Below are positions 1-8,004 of a DNA stretch of 64,000 nt, piece by piece. A model generated the notes under the pieces. It saw only the letters and a program-made list of their open reading frames with translations. It was not told the origin of the DNA and ran no database searches. Numbering within the stretch: the stretch's first letter is position 1; each line of letters starts with the position of its first letter. Source of the stretch: an uncultured beta proteobacterium (GTDB taxonomy: Bacteria; Pseudomonadota; Gammaproteobacteria; Burkholderiales; Casimicrobiaceae); the NCBI GenBank assembly GCA_963823215.1, contig CAWGKT010000015.1:152013-216012 (forward strand). Direction: 5' to 3'. Both the position numbers and the translations under genes were made by a program.

Positions 1-1059
1 AGCGACGACAACGCGCCGCCGGTGGACCGGCCGAACCTGTCCAAGGACTACTTGGCCGGCAGCGCGCCGGAGGAGTGGGTCCCTTTGCGCGGAGACAACT
101 TCTACACCGAACAGGGCATAGATTTGCGGCTGAATACGGCCGTCACCAACATCGACCTACGTGCGCGCGCGGTCGTTCTCGACGATGGCAATACGGTCGC
201 CTACGACCGGCTGTTGCTTGCGACCGGCGCCGAGCCGGTGCGATTGCCGCTACTGGGCATGGACCTGCCGCACGTGCACGCACTGCGAACGCTTGGTGAT
301 TGCCGTGCCATCATCGCGCGGGCGGCAACGGCACGGCACGCCGTCGTGATGGGGGCGAGTTTCATCGGCCTCGAGGTCGCCGCCTCGCTTCGCGCGCGCG
401 GCATCGCGGTACACGTCGTGGCACCGGAGAAGCGGCCGATGGAGCGGGTGCTGGGCCCACAGATGGGGGACTTCGTGCGCCTCCTGCACGAAGACCACGG
501 CGTGATCTTCCACCTGGAGGACGCGGCGACGGCGATCGACGCGCGCCAAGTCACACTGAAGAGCGGCGGCACGATCGATGCGGATTTGGTCGTCGCCGGT
601 GTCGGCGTGCGGCCGCGACTGGCGCTGGCCGAGAACGCCGGCCTTGCGATCGACCGTGGCGTAACGGTCAACGAATATCTGGAGACCAGCGCACCCGGAA
701 TCTTCGCAGCGGGTGACATCGCCCGGTGGCCCGACAGGCACAGCGGTGCGGCGATCCGTGTCGAACACTGGGTTGTCGCACAGCGCCAGGGCCAGACGGC
801 CGCGCTGAACATGCTCGGCGGCCGGGAGAAGTTCGACGCTGTACCATTCTTCTGGAGCCAACACTACGACGTCACGATCAACTACGTGGGTCACGCCGAG
901 ACCTGGGACGAGCTTGCGATCGACGGTGCAATCGCAACCCGCGACTGCGTGTTGCGATACAAACGCAATGGACGCGTACTTGCCGTCGCCTCTATCTATC
1001 GCGACGTCGACAGCCTGATGGCCGAAGCAGCGATGGAGTGTGAGGCGATGGAGATATGA
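1..1059 (+). CDS. FAD-dependent pyridine nucleotide-disulfide oxidoreductase (ferredoxin-reductase/AIF-like), 5' end outside window
   Basis: Frame is open from base 1 (the 22..1059 ORF is in frame with base 1). Motifs LLLATGAEP, VVMGASFIGLEVAASL and FAAGDIARWP are typical of this flavoprotein family. Confidence 0.85.
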   Translation, partial: SDDNAPPVDRPNLSKDYLAGSAPEEWVPLRGDNFYTEQGIDLRLNTAVTNIDLRARAVVLDDGNTVAYDRLLLATGAEPVRLPLLGMDLPHVHALRTLGDCRAIIARAATARHAVVMGASFIGLEVAASLRARGIAVHVVAPEKRPMERVLGPQMGDFVRLLHEDHGVIFHLEDAATAIDARQVTLKSGGTIDADLVVAGVGVRPRLALAENAGLAIDRGVTVNEYLETSAPGIFAAGDIARWPDRHSGAAIRVEHWVVAQRQGQTAALNMLGGREKFDAVPFFWSQHYDVTINYVGHAETWDELAIDGAIATRDCVLRYKRNGRVLAVASIYRDVDSLMAEAAMECEAMEI

Positions 1060-1194
1060 GCCAGTTACGTCGTTGCGGAAACGGTGCCGACCGCACAGCA
1101 AGCGCTCTAGCGGCGGGGCAAGATAAGTGCGTTGGCGTGCGACGGCAGATGGAGTCCCGAATCGGAACGAGCGGCGTGATCGGCGGGGCTGCAA

Positions 1195-2787
1195 TTGCCT
1201 GATTCCGTGCTCCTCGAATATCACCACGGCAGCAAGCACCGCCTAGACCGGTACGCGCCCGGTCCCGGCCGACTGGATTGGGCGAATCAACCCGATCCGT
1301 TTCGGCACTATGCGGGCGCGGCCGCGATCGAACTGCCATTGGCGGCCGAAGCACTGCCCACACGCTACGCCGCGCTCCGGCGCGGTGAACTTCCGGCGAT
1401 GCAGGCGTTCGAAGTTCGCAGCATTGCAGTCCTGTTCGAGCTCTCGCTTGGTCTGTCGGCCTGGAAGTCTTTCGAAGGCAAGCGTTGGGCGCTGCGTTGC
1501 AATCCTTCCAGCGGCAATCTGCATCCCACGGAGGGCTATTTGCTGTGTCCGAATCTCCCCGGACTATCGGCAGGCGTCTATCACTATGTAAGCCGTGATC
1601 ACACGCTGGAACGACGGGCCGCGCTCGACGATCCGCGCTGGTCGGCCGCTTTCGGGAACGGCGGCGTCGTGCTGGGCCTTACCTCGATCTACTGGCGCGA
1701 GGCATGGAAATACGGAATGCGGGCGTGGCGGTACTGCCAGCATGATTGCGGGCATGCGATCGCCGCGCTCTGCTACGCCGCAGCGATGTTCGGCTGGCAG
1801 ACGCGTTTGCTTGCCTCGGCCAGTGATGAGCTAGTGTCCGCGTTGCTTGGACTCGATCGCGAGGTCGATCTCGGTGGTGCGGAGCGGGAAGCACCGGATG
1901 CTCTGCTTTGGGTTGGGCCAGCAACCTCACGACCGCGACTCGAGCACATGCACGACGCACTGCGCGATGTGCCCTGGTCCGGTCGCGCCAACCGCTTGAG
2001 CGCGGAACACGTGCCGTGGCCTGACATCGATTCGATTCACCGCGCCACGCGAAAGCCTGCGACTTCCGAACCGGTGGCCTATCGCCCGGCGCCGCTGCCC
2101 CCACCTCGTGGTCCCCTCCTCGATCCCACGTTCGCGACAATCGCCCGGCAGCGCCGCAGCGCGGTCGACTTCGACGGGGAAACGCACATCGCCGACGAAT
2201 CGTTTTTCGCGATGCTCGACGCGCTCATGGTACGCGCGAACACGCCACCCTGGAACACGCTCGCCACACCACCGCAGGTGCACGCCGCGCTGATGGTGCA
2301 TCGGGTGGCGGGGCTCGATCCCGGGCTGTACTTGTTCCTGCGAGCGCCATCGGTGCTTGCCGATTTCAGGTCATCGATGCACCAGGAATGGCTGTGGCAG
2401 AAGAAAGGCCCCGAACACCTACCGCTTTATCTGCTGTTGCCGTACGACCTACGCGCCATCGCGAAAACGATCTGCTGTCACCAGGACATCGCGGCCGACT
2501 CGTGCTTCGCCCTGGGTATGCTCGCGCATGTCGAACTCGCACACGAGGAACCGTGGCGTTACCGTCATCTGTTCTGGGAATGCGGAATACTCGGGCATGC
2601 GCTCTATTTGGAAGCGGAAGCAGCGGGCGTGCGCTCCACGGGGATCGGCTGCTACTTCGACGACGAGATGCACGGACTGCTCGGGATCGATGACGATCGC
2701 TGGCAAAGCCTGTATCACTTCACGGTCGGCGGCCCCATCGATGACACGCGCCTCGTTACGTTGCCGCCCTACGCCTTTCAGCCCTGA
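1195..2787 (+). CDS. SagB/ThcOx-type nitroreductase-fold dehydrogenase (two nitroreductase-like halves)
   Basis: 530 aa ORF with TTG start. N-terminus YHHGSKHRLDRYAPGPGRLDWANQPDPFRHY and a second half RRSAVDFDGETHI...GIGCYFDD resemble the SagB-type family. Confidence 0.8.
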   Translation: MPDSVLLEYHHGSKHRLDRYAPGPGRLDWANQPDPFRHYAGAAAIELPLAAEALPTRYAALRRGELPAMQAFEVRSIAVLFELSLGLSAWKSFEGKRWALRCNPSSGNLHPTEGYLLCPNLPGLSAGVYHYVSRDHTLERRAALDDPRWSAAFGNGGVVLGLTSIYWREAWKYGMRAWRYCQHDCGHAIAALCYAAAMFGWQTRLLASASDELVSALLGLDREVDLGGAEREAPDALLWVGPATSRPRLEHMHDALRDVPWSGRANRLSAEHVPWPDIDSIHRATRKPATSEPVAYRPAPLPPPRGPLLDPTFATIARQRRSAVDFDGETHIADESFFAMLDALMVRANTPPWNTLATPPQVHAALMVHRVAGLDPGLYLFLRAPSVLADFRSSMHQEWLWQKKGPEHLPLYLLLPYDLRAIAKTICCHQDIAADSCFALGMLAHVELAHEEPWRYRHLFWECGILGHALYLEAEAAGVRSTGIGCYFDDEMHGLLGIDDDRWQSLYHFTVGGPIDDTRLVTLPPYAFQP

Positions 2788-2893
2788 TCCCCGTTTTAGC
2801 TTTGCGACGGGCGCCGGCGACAAGTTGGCCGCGAACGGGGCCCTGGCGGAACACACTTTGGGTTCGCGTGCCCTTTGCTACCAGGCGACGCGA

Positions 2894-3259
2894 CTAATCG
2901 AATTGGTAGCCTGGCTCGGACTGGGCCTGCGCGTCGGGCTTGCCTTGGTGACGAAGGTTGCTGCCCCCATTACCGCGATACGCAACTGTCCGCTCCTTGG
3001 CAACGCGACCGGCTGGTGTGGGTGTCGAATCGCGCCAGAACCCGGTGACTTCCCCGAGCGAGCCTCGCTTTGCAGGCTTCCCCTCCTTGCCGACGACGCG
3101 GCTCAATCGCGCGAGCTCCTGAGCCATGCGCTCGTTCCGCTCCGCGACGTCGTTGAATACGTCGGCAACCCGGCCCGCCATGCCGGACCAATCCAGCGGC
3201 AGCCGCACCGCGGGATCGCCACGCCTGAGGGCGTTCAGCGCTCCGAGAATAACCGGCAA
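2894..3259 (-). pseudogene. N-terminal remnant of a large HAMP-domain histidine kinase
   Basis: LNALRRGDPAVRLPLDWSGMAGRVADVFNDVAERNERMAQELARLSRVVGKEGK matches the conserved N-terminus of multi-HAMP kinases. Similarity stops after ~80 aa and the ORF ends at 121 aa. Confidence 0.45.
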
Positions 3260-3742
3260 CTCGTCTCGGGGCCCGATGGAGCGTTCTATGGTTTGCGTGC
3301 TGTGCCTCTCACCTTTTCGGAACCAGGCAGCGGAGCGCGCTCATCAAGCGCACGGCGGCGCGTCGTCACATTGCGCCGCCACTGGTGCCGCGCCGATCCG
3401 CCTGCGCTTCGACCGGCGCCCCCTCCCGTCACGATCCGACAGACCGCCTATTCTTTCGCGCCACCCGATATCGCGCCGCGCTTGTCCGCTTCGTTGCGAC
3501 GTGGCCGCTTCACGGCGCGACGGGTGTCGAAAACATAGCGTAGATGGCATGGCGATTCAACGCCGTTGGGAAGGAATATCGAATGATCTATTGTAAGACT
3601 TGCAATGCACGAAATCGGCGGTGAGCGTCGATCGGCGCCAAGGCGCGCAACGGCACCCGGGTCGCGCGCGGCGCTTCGCCGCCCTCGGCCGCGGAGCCGA
3701 TCGTATAGACTGCGCAAAACCGGCTTTCACGGGGTGTCCGCC

Positions 3743-5014
3743 ATGCGCCTTTCCATTCCCCCGCTCTTTCTACCCTACGGACTTCTCGTTCTGGTGATCG
3801 CCTACGCGTTCGGCTCGCTGTGGCTCGGGTTGGCGCGCCTGGACGACCTTGCGCGGTTGACCATTTCGACGACGCACAGCGGCACGACCCTGGACGACCT
3901 GCAAGCCCTCCGAGATGCAGTCAGCGACATCGAGGCGGCGGGACCGGCCGCCGCAGCGTCGGTGGACGCTCCTGCGGCGAGTCTGGAGCGGGGCCGCAGT
4001 CGCGCTCCGGCGCTGCTGGCGGCGCTGCGCGACAGGATGCGCGACGACCCGACCGAGCTTGGCCTGCTGGAGGAGCTCGTTCCGATGATCGCCGAGCGGA
4101 CGGCACTTGCCGCGTCGAGCATCGAAGGAACCCTGAGCGCGAACGACCCCGTAGCCGACATACCGGTCGATCGCTCCGCCAAGGCGAATTCCAACGAAAT
4201 ATTCACGATCATCGCAACGCTCAGGTCGCGCGAGCTGCACGAGCTCGATCAAGTCCGCGAGTCGAGAAGGCGAGCCGTTGGCGATGCGCGCCGGGACCTG
4301 TTCATGATGGCGGGCGTGACGCTGCTGCTCGCCGGTGCGCTCTTCCTTGCGCTGCGGCGCCTGAGGTCATTCATCGTGGTGATCCCGCCCAGCGAGGTCA
4401 GGACGGCGCCCGTAACCGCATCGGACGCTTCGTCGACGGCACGGGACGCCGGAGTCGGAACTCTGTTGCACGATGCGCTGCTGCGATTGCCCTTCGTGGC
4501 GACGGAGGCGCCGGCCGACTCGGAAACGGGCGGGCACCGACGCTCACTACGGGCGGCGATCGAGCAGGCGCTGGAGGCGCACGCCGCTGCCTACGGCGAC
4601 GATCCGCTGCAGCCCGCACGGCACGGCCTCACGGAAGCGATGGCCAACCTGGCCCGCGCCTATTCGCGCGCCGGCGGCGTGGCGGTCGAGGCGCAGCTGG
4701 ATCAGCGCGTGAGGACGGAGGATCCGCAAATGGCGTTTGTCATCTTCCGATCGGCCGAATGGGCGCTCGACGCGATCGCGGTGCGGAAGCGCGCCGGCAA
4801 TGTCACCCTTGAGCTCTACGCTTCCGAAGATCGCTTCTTCCTCCGCGTTCACGCCCTCGTCGACGATTCCAGGCTGCCGGTCGCGCTGAGCCGCAAGGAG
4901 AGCGAGGAGGCCGACGCTCTCAGGCAGGGCGCGACGGCCTTTGGGGGCTCGTTCGTCGCGGGCGGAGGCCCGACTGGATTTTCATTGATGCTCACGCTTC
5001 CTGCGGCTTGCTGA
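3743..5014 (+). CDS. Membrane sensor with CHASE3-like periplasmic region and degenerate HisKA_3/HATPase-like C-terminus
   Basis: Start chosen at MRLSIPPLFLPYGLLVLVIAY (TM1). A second TM lies at LFMMAGVTLLLAGALFLAL. The C-terminus (FVIFRSAEWALDAIAVRKRAGNVTLELYA...FGGSFVAGGGPTGFSLMLTLP) resembles NarX-type ATPase domains, but the N-box and G-box are not recognisable. Confidence 0.6.
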   Translation: MRLSIPPLFLPYGLLVLVIAYAFGSLWLGLARLDDLARLTISTTHSGTTLDDLQALRDAVSDIEAAGPAAAASVDAPAASLERGRSRAPALLAALRDRMRDDPTELGLLEELVPMIAERTALAASSIEGTLSANDPVADIPVDRSAKANSNEIFTIIATLRSRELHELDQVRESRRRAVGDARRDLFMMAGVTLLLAGALFLALRRLRSFIVVIPPSEVRTAPVTASDASSTARDAGVGTLLHDALLRLPFVATEAPADSETGGHRRSLRAAIEQALEAHAAAYGDDPLQPARHGLTEAMANLARAYSRAGGVAVEAQLDQRVRTEDPQMAFVIFRSAEWALDAIAVRKRAGNVTLELYASEDRFFLRVHALVDDSRLPVALSRKESEEADALRQGATAFGGSFVAGGGPTGFSLMLTLPAAC

Positions 5015-5019
5015 GCAGA

Positions 5020-5053
5020 TGCAAAAAATGCCACGTTGGCAGGAGTTTTTGCA
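5020..5053. promoter_or_regulatory. Nested palindrome, candidate enhancer (UAS) for the downstream sigma-54 promoter
   Basis: TGCAAAAAA-TGCCA-CGT-TGGCA-GGAG-TTTTTGCA: outer 8-bp and inner 5-bp inverted repeats, about 55-90 bp upstream of the -24/-12 element. An AT-rich tract lies between them. Confidence 0.35.
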
Positions 5054-5106
5054 ACCGGCACGGTCGAAGAAAAAGATAAGTTGTTGTTTTCGCGAGCCTG
5101 ATGAAT

Positions 5107-5122
5107 TGGCACGCGCGCTGCT
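5107..5122 (+). promoter_or_regulatory. Candidate sigma-54 (-24/-12) promoter
   Basis: TGGCACGCGCGCTGCT fits TGGCACG-N4-TTGCW, with GG and GC at the canonical spacing. A sigma-54 activator gene lies 1.6 kb away. Confidence 0.5.
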
Positions 5123-5177
5123 CCCCAAGATGGGCAGGCGGGCGATGTTCGCCCTCGACCACATGAAGGAGAGCGCG

Positions 5178-5297
5178 ATGAATTGGGATCGAATCGAGGG
5201 TATCGAGGACCGGTACCGCGACCGGTCGCCGGACGAGTCGCTTCATCGGTCGAACGACGCTCCCGGCCACCAACAGCCGGCGAGGCCCAAATCATGA
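5178..5297 (+). CDS. Small (39 aa) ORF with CsbD-like N-terminus
   Basis: AAGGAGAG Shine-Dalgarno 5 nt before the ATG. MNWDRIEG... resembles the start of CsbD-family stress proteins, but the rest is divergent and short. It sits between the sigma-54 promoter and a terminator. Confidence 0.4.
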   Translation: MNWDRIEGIEDRYRDRSPDESLHRSNDAPGHQQPARPKS

Positions 5298-5443
5298 TCA
5301 GCCGTCCGTTGCATCGCCTGCTGGGAGCACGGCCAAGGATTCCTGCGTGAACGCCGCCAAGGCGAAGTTTCGCAAGTAGTCGCTCCTGCCCCCTCCCGGG
5401 GGACAGTCAACCGTCCGCGGATCCTCCCTTCCCGGACGCTCTT

Positions 5444-5472
5444 GGGCGGATGCCAGCATCCGCCCCTTTTTT
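5444..5472 (+). terminator. Rho-independent terminator
   Basis: GGGCGGATG-CCAG-CATCCGCCC stem-loop followed by C and TTTTTT. Confidence 0.6.
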
Positions 5473-5506
5473 GCCGGTGCCGACCTGCCGGTAAGCGGTG
5501 ACGGTA

Positions 5507-5980
5507 TCAGTGCGCGCCGCGCCGCATCGAACCGAGCAGCGACTTCAGGGCGCCAAACTGGGTGGACTTGTCGAAGAAGTAGTCGGCGCCCCGCTTCAGG
5601 CAAGCGGACTCGAATTCGGGGAATGCGTAGTTGGTCAGCACGATGATCGTCGGCGGCGCCGTAGTGTGCCGTGCGCGGATCGATTCGATCACGCCGATGC
5701 CGCTGCCTTGCTTGAGGTTGAGATCGACGATGGCGACGTCGACCGGGCGTGCGAGCAACTCGCGCACCGCATCGGCCTCGGTTTCGGCAAAGCCGGTCAT
5801 TTCGACTTCGCCCACCTCCGACAGGAAATCGGTGAGACGTTCGCGTACCGACGCCGAATCCTCGACGAGAAACACGCGCAGGAACGACGTTTCCGGCACG
5901 CCGTTCTCGGTGGCCGTGAGCGGGGTGACCCGTCGACGAGTTCCATCATCCGGCGGCAACGTGCTACTGAATGAGGCCAT
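5507..5980 (-). CDS. Single-domain response regulator (CheY-like receiver)
   Basis: VFLVEDSASVRERL...VDVAIVDLNLKQGSGIGVIESIR...IIVLTNY receiver motifs. Its start overlaps the stop of the upstream NarL-type regulator. Confidence 0.85.
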   Translation of the reverse strand: MASFSSTLPPDDGTRRRVTPLTATENGVPETSFLRVFLVEDSASVRERLTDFLSEVGEVEMTGFAETEADAVRELLARPVDVAIVDLNLKQGSGIGVIESIRARHTTAPPTIIVLTNYAFPEFESACLKRGADYFFDKSTQFGALKSLLGSMRRGAH

Positions 5981-6605
5981 TCTTTATCGCATAGTAGGTG
6001 AGATCGGCATTCGTCCGCGCGTTCATCTTCTCGAGAATGCGCGCGCGATAGGTGCTTACCGTCTTGTTGCTGAGAAACAGCTCGGTCGCGATCTCACCGA
6101 CCGTCCGGCCCCCCGCAAGCTTGCAGAAGACCTGGAATTCCCGTCTGCTCAGCTGCTCGTGCCGCGGGCGGCCGTCACCCCCGACGTCCTCGGCCAGGCT
6201 TTGCGCGACGGTCGAACTGATGTATTTGCGGCCGTTCAAGAGCGTGCGGATCGCCTGCACGACCTGCTGGGGAATGGCGTCCTTCGTGATATATCCATTG
6301 GCTCCCGCACGCAACAGACTCACCGCGAACTGCTCCTCCGGATGCATCGACAGGATCAGGATCGGCAACTCGGGCTTGTGCGGGCGAATCTGCCGGAGCA
6401 GGTCGATCCCGGAGCCGTCCGGAAGGGAGATGTCGAGCAGCAGCATATCCCACGGCTCGTTTTTGATCCGCTGCAGCGTTTCCTTCGCCGTTCCGGCCTC
6501 ACCCGCGACGGCGATGTCGGGCTCCTCGGCAAGCAGCGCTTTCACGCCCTCACGGAAGAGGGCATGGTCATCGGCAAGGAAAACCCGGTGCGGAGTGCCG
6601 ATCAT
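5964..6605 (-). CDS. NarL/LuxR-family response regulator (receiver + HTH)
   Basis: Start chosen at MIGTPHRVFLADDH. Motifs DMLLLDISLPDGSGIDLL and the C-terminal LSRREFQVFCKLAGGRTVGEIATELFLSNKTVSTYRARILEKM LuxR HTH. Confidence 0.9.
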   Translation of the reverse strand: MIGTPHRVFLADDHALFREGVKALLAEEPDIAVAGEAGTAKETLQRIKNEPWDMLLLDISLPDGSGIDLLRQIRPHKPELPILILSMHPEEQFAVSLLRAGANGYITKDAIPQQVVQAIRTLLNGRKYISSTVAQSLAEDVGGDGRPRHEQLSRREFQVFCKLAGGRTVGEIATELFLSNKTVSTYRARILEKMNARTNADLTYYAIKNGLIQ

Positions 6606-6746
6606 CGACTTGCCGTCAGGGTTCAGGTTACTCAATGATGGTGAAGACGATAACGACCAGTATGGCAAAAAGCACCAGTCGAGTGCCTGCCTCGTCACGG
6701 CTGATGCGATGCCGATTGTAACGCCTGCCGACCCTCACGGCGATCC

Positions 6747-7856
6747 TCAGCGCTCTCCGGCGGCCCGGAGCATCGGGAGGTCGTTCCCGTATCCGACGAG
6801 CTTGTTGTACACGGTCTTGAGGCTGACCCTGAGCACGTCGGCGGCGCGTCGCTTGTTGCCCCGGCAGTGCCGCAGGGTTGCGAGCAGCAATTCGCGCTCG
6901 GCATCGGCCATGGTCGTGCCGATCGGAAGACGAATGCATTGCCCGAAATCGGTTTCTTTGGCAATGTCCAGTACGGGCTGCACATCCAGCCTGACAACCT
7001 CGTCCGACAGGACATAGCTGCGCTCCACGCAGTTCTTGAGCTCGCGGACGTTCCCGGGCCAGGCATGCGTCATCGCAACCGCCAACGTCCCCGGCTCGAA
7101 CCGCTTTGCAGTGCCGAATGTCCGGTTGAGCTGTGCAAGGAAAGTCTCCGCGAGTAGCACGATGTCGTCGCCGCGGTGGCGCAGCGGCGGCAGGTGGACC
7201 ACGATGACGGCCAGGCGATAGTAGACGTCCTCCCGCAGGCGGCGCTCGTGGACGGCTTCGGCGGGCGATCGATTGGTGGCCGTCACGATGCGAACGTCGG
7301 TGGCAATCTCCTCGGTTCCGCCGAGGCGAACCATGCGCCCGCTTTCGAGCACGCGCAGCAGCTTCGCCTGCAACTCGATCGGCATCTCGGTGATCTCGTC
7401 GAGGAACAACGTTCCCCCGCAGGCACGCTCGAAGTAGCCGTGATGCTGCCGGGCCGCACCGGTGAAGGCGCCGCGTTCGTATCCGAAGAGCTCGGCTTCG
7501 ACCAGATTCGTCGGAATGGCGCCGCAGTTGACGCTGACGAACGGCCCCTTGCGGCGCAGGCTCTGCGTGTGCAGCAATCGGGCCGCAACTTCCTTTCCGG
7601 TGCCCGACTCGCCCACGAGCATGACGGGAGCGAGCGATGGGGCAATCCGTCGGATGCGCTCGACGACATCCTGCATTTCGGGTGCCTCGCCGATCAGCGG
7701 GGCGCTGGCGCCCGACGACGTCCGCGGCCTGCCATCGGGACCGCGGCCCCTCGGGGCGGAATAGGTGGCGATCGTCGCAGAGCCCCCCACCACCGTCGAG
7801 CCTTCCGTCGAAAAGTCCACAAAGGTGACATCCGCTTCAGCGAATTCGGAATTCAT
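6747..7856 (-). CDS. Sigma-54-dependent transcriptional activator (AAA+ EBP) without receiver or sensor domain
   Basis: Start at MNSEFAEAD (ATG at 7856). Walker A GESGTGKE, GAFTGA motif (ERGAFTGA) and a C-terminal Fis-type HTH (GNKRRAADVLRVSLKTVYNKL). Only ~60 aa precede the AAA+ core. Confidence 0.9.
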   Translation of the reverse strand: MNSEFAEADVTFVDFSTEGSTVVGGSATIATYSAPRGRGPDGRPRTSSGASAPLIGEAPEMQDVVERIRRIAPSLAPVMLVGESGTGKEVAARLLHTQSLRRKGPFVSVNCGAIPTNLVEAELFGYERGAFTGAARQHHGYFERACGGTLFLDEITEMPIELQAKLLRVLESGRMVRLGGTEEIATDVRIVTATNRSPAEAVHERRLREDVYYRLAVIVVHLPPLRHRGDDIVLLAETFLAQLNRTFGTAKRFEPGTLAVAMTHAWPGNVRELKNCVERSYVLSDEVVRLDVQPVLDIAKETDFGQCIRLPIGTTMADAERELLLATLRHCRGNKRRAADVLRVSLKTVYNKLVGYGNDLPMLRAAGER

Positions 7857-7946
7857 GGCCGCGCTCCCGCTATTTTTCGAGTTGACCTGCTGATGCCAAT
7901 ACTGGACGATTGGGGCGTCGGTGAATGTAAGTGACCAAAGGGAGTT

Positions 7947-7990
7947 CCTGTAGGGAACATCCTCTCGCGACGTCGGACATGTCCTACAGA
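7947..7990. promoter_or_regulatory. Inverted repeat in the divergent EBP/kinase intergenic region
   Basis: CCTGTAGGGAACAT ...(16 nt)... ACATGTCCTACAGA: about 11 of 13 positions are complementary, between genes starting at 7856(-) and 8005(+). Confidence 0.3.
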
Positions 7991-8004
7991 AAGCCGAACC
8001 GATA

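Noticed and set aside
5395-5412. GGGGGACAGTCAACCG shares the first 8-9 nt with the element terminus. A similar partial match, GTCCCCTGTCAGACCA, lies at about 21166.
   Set aside because: There is no inverted partner nearby and similarity ends after GGGGACAG. A short chance match is expected in a GC-rich sequence.
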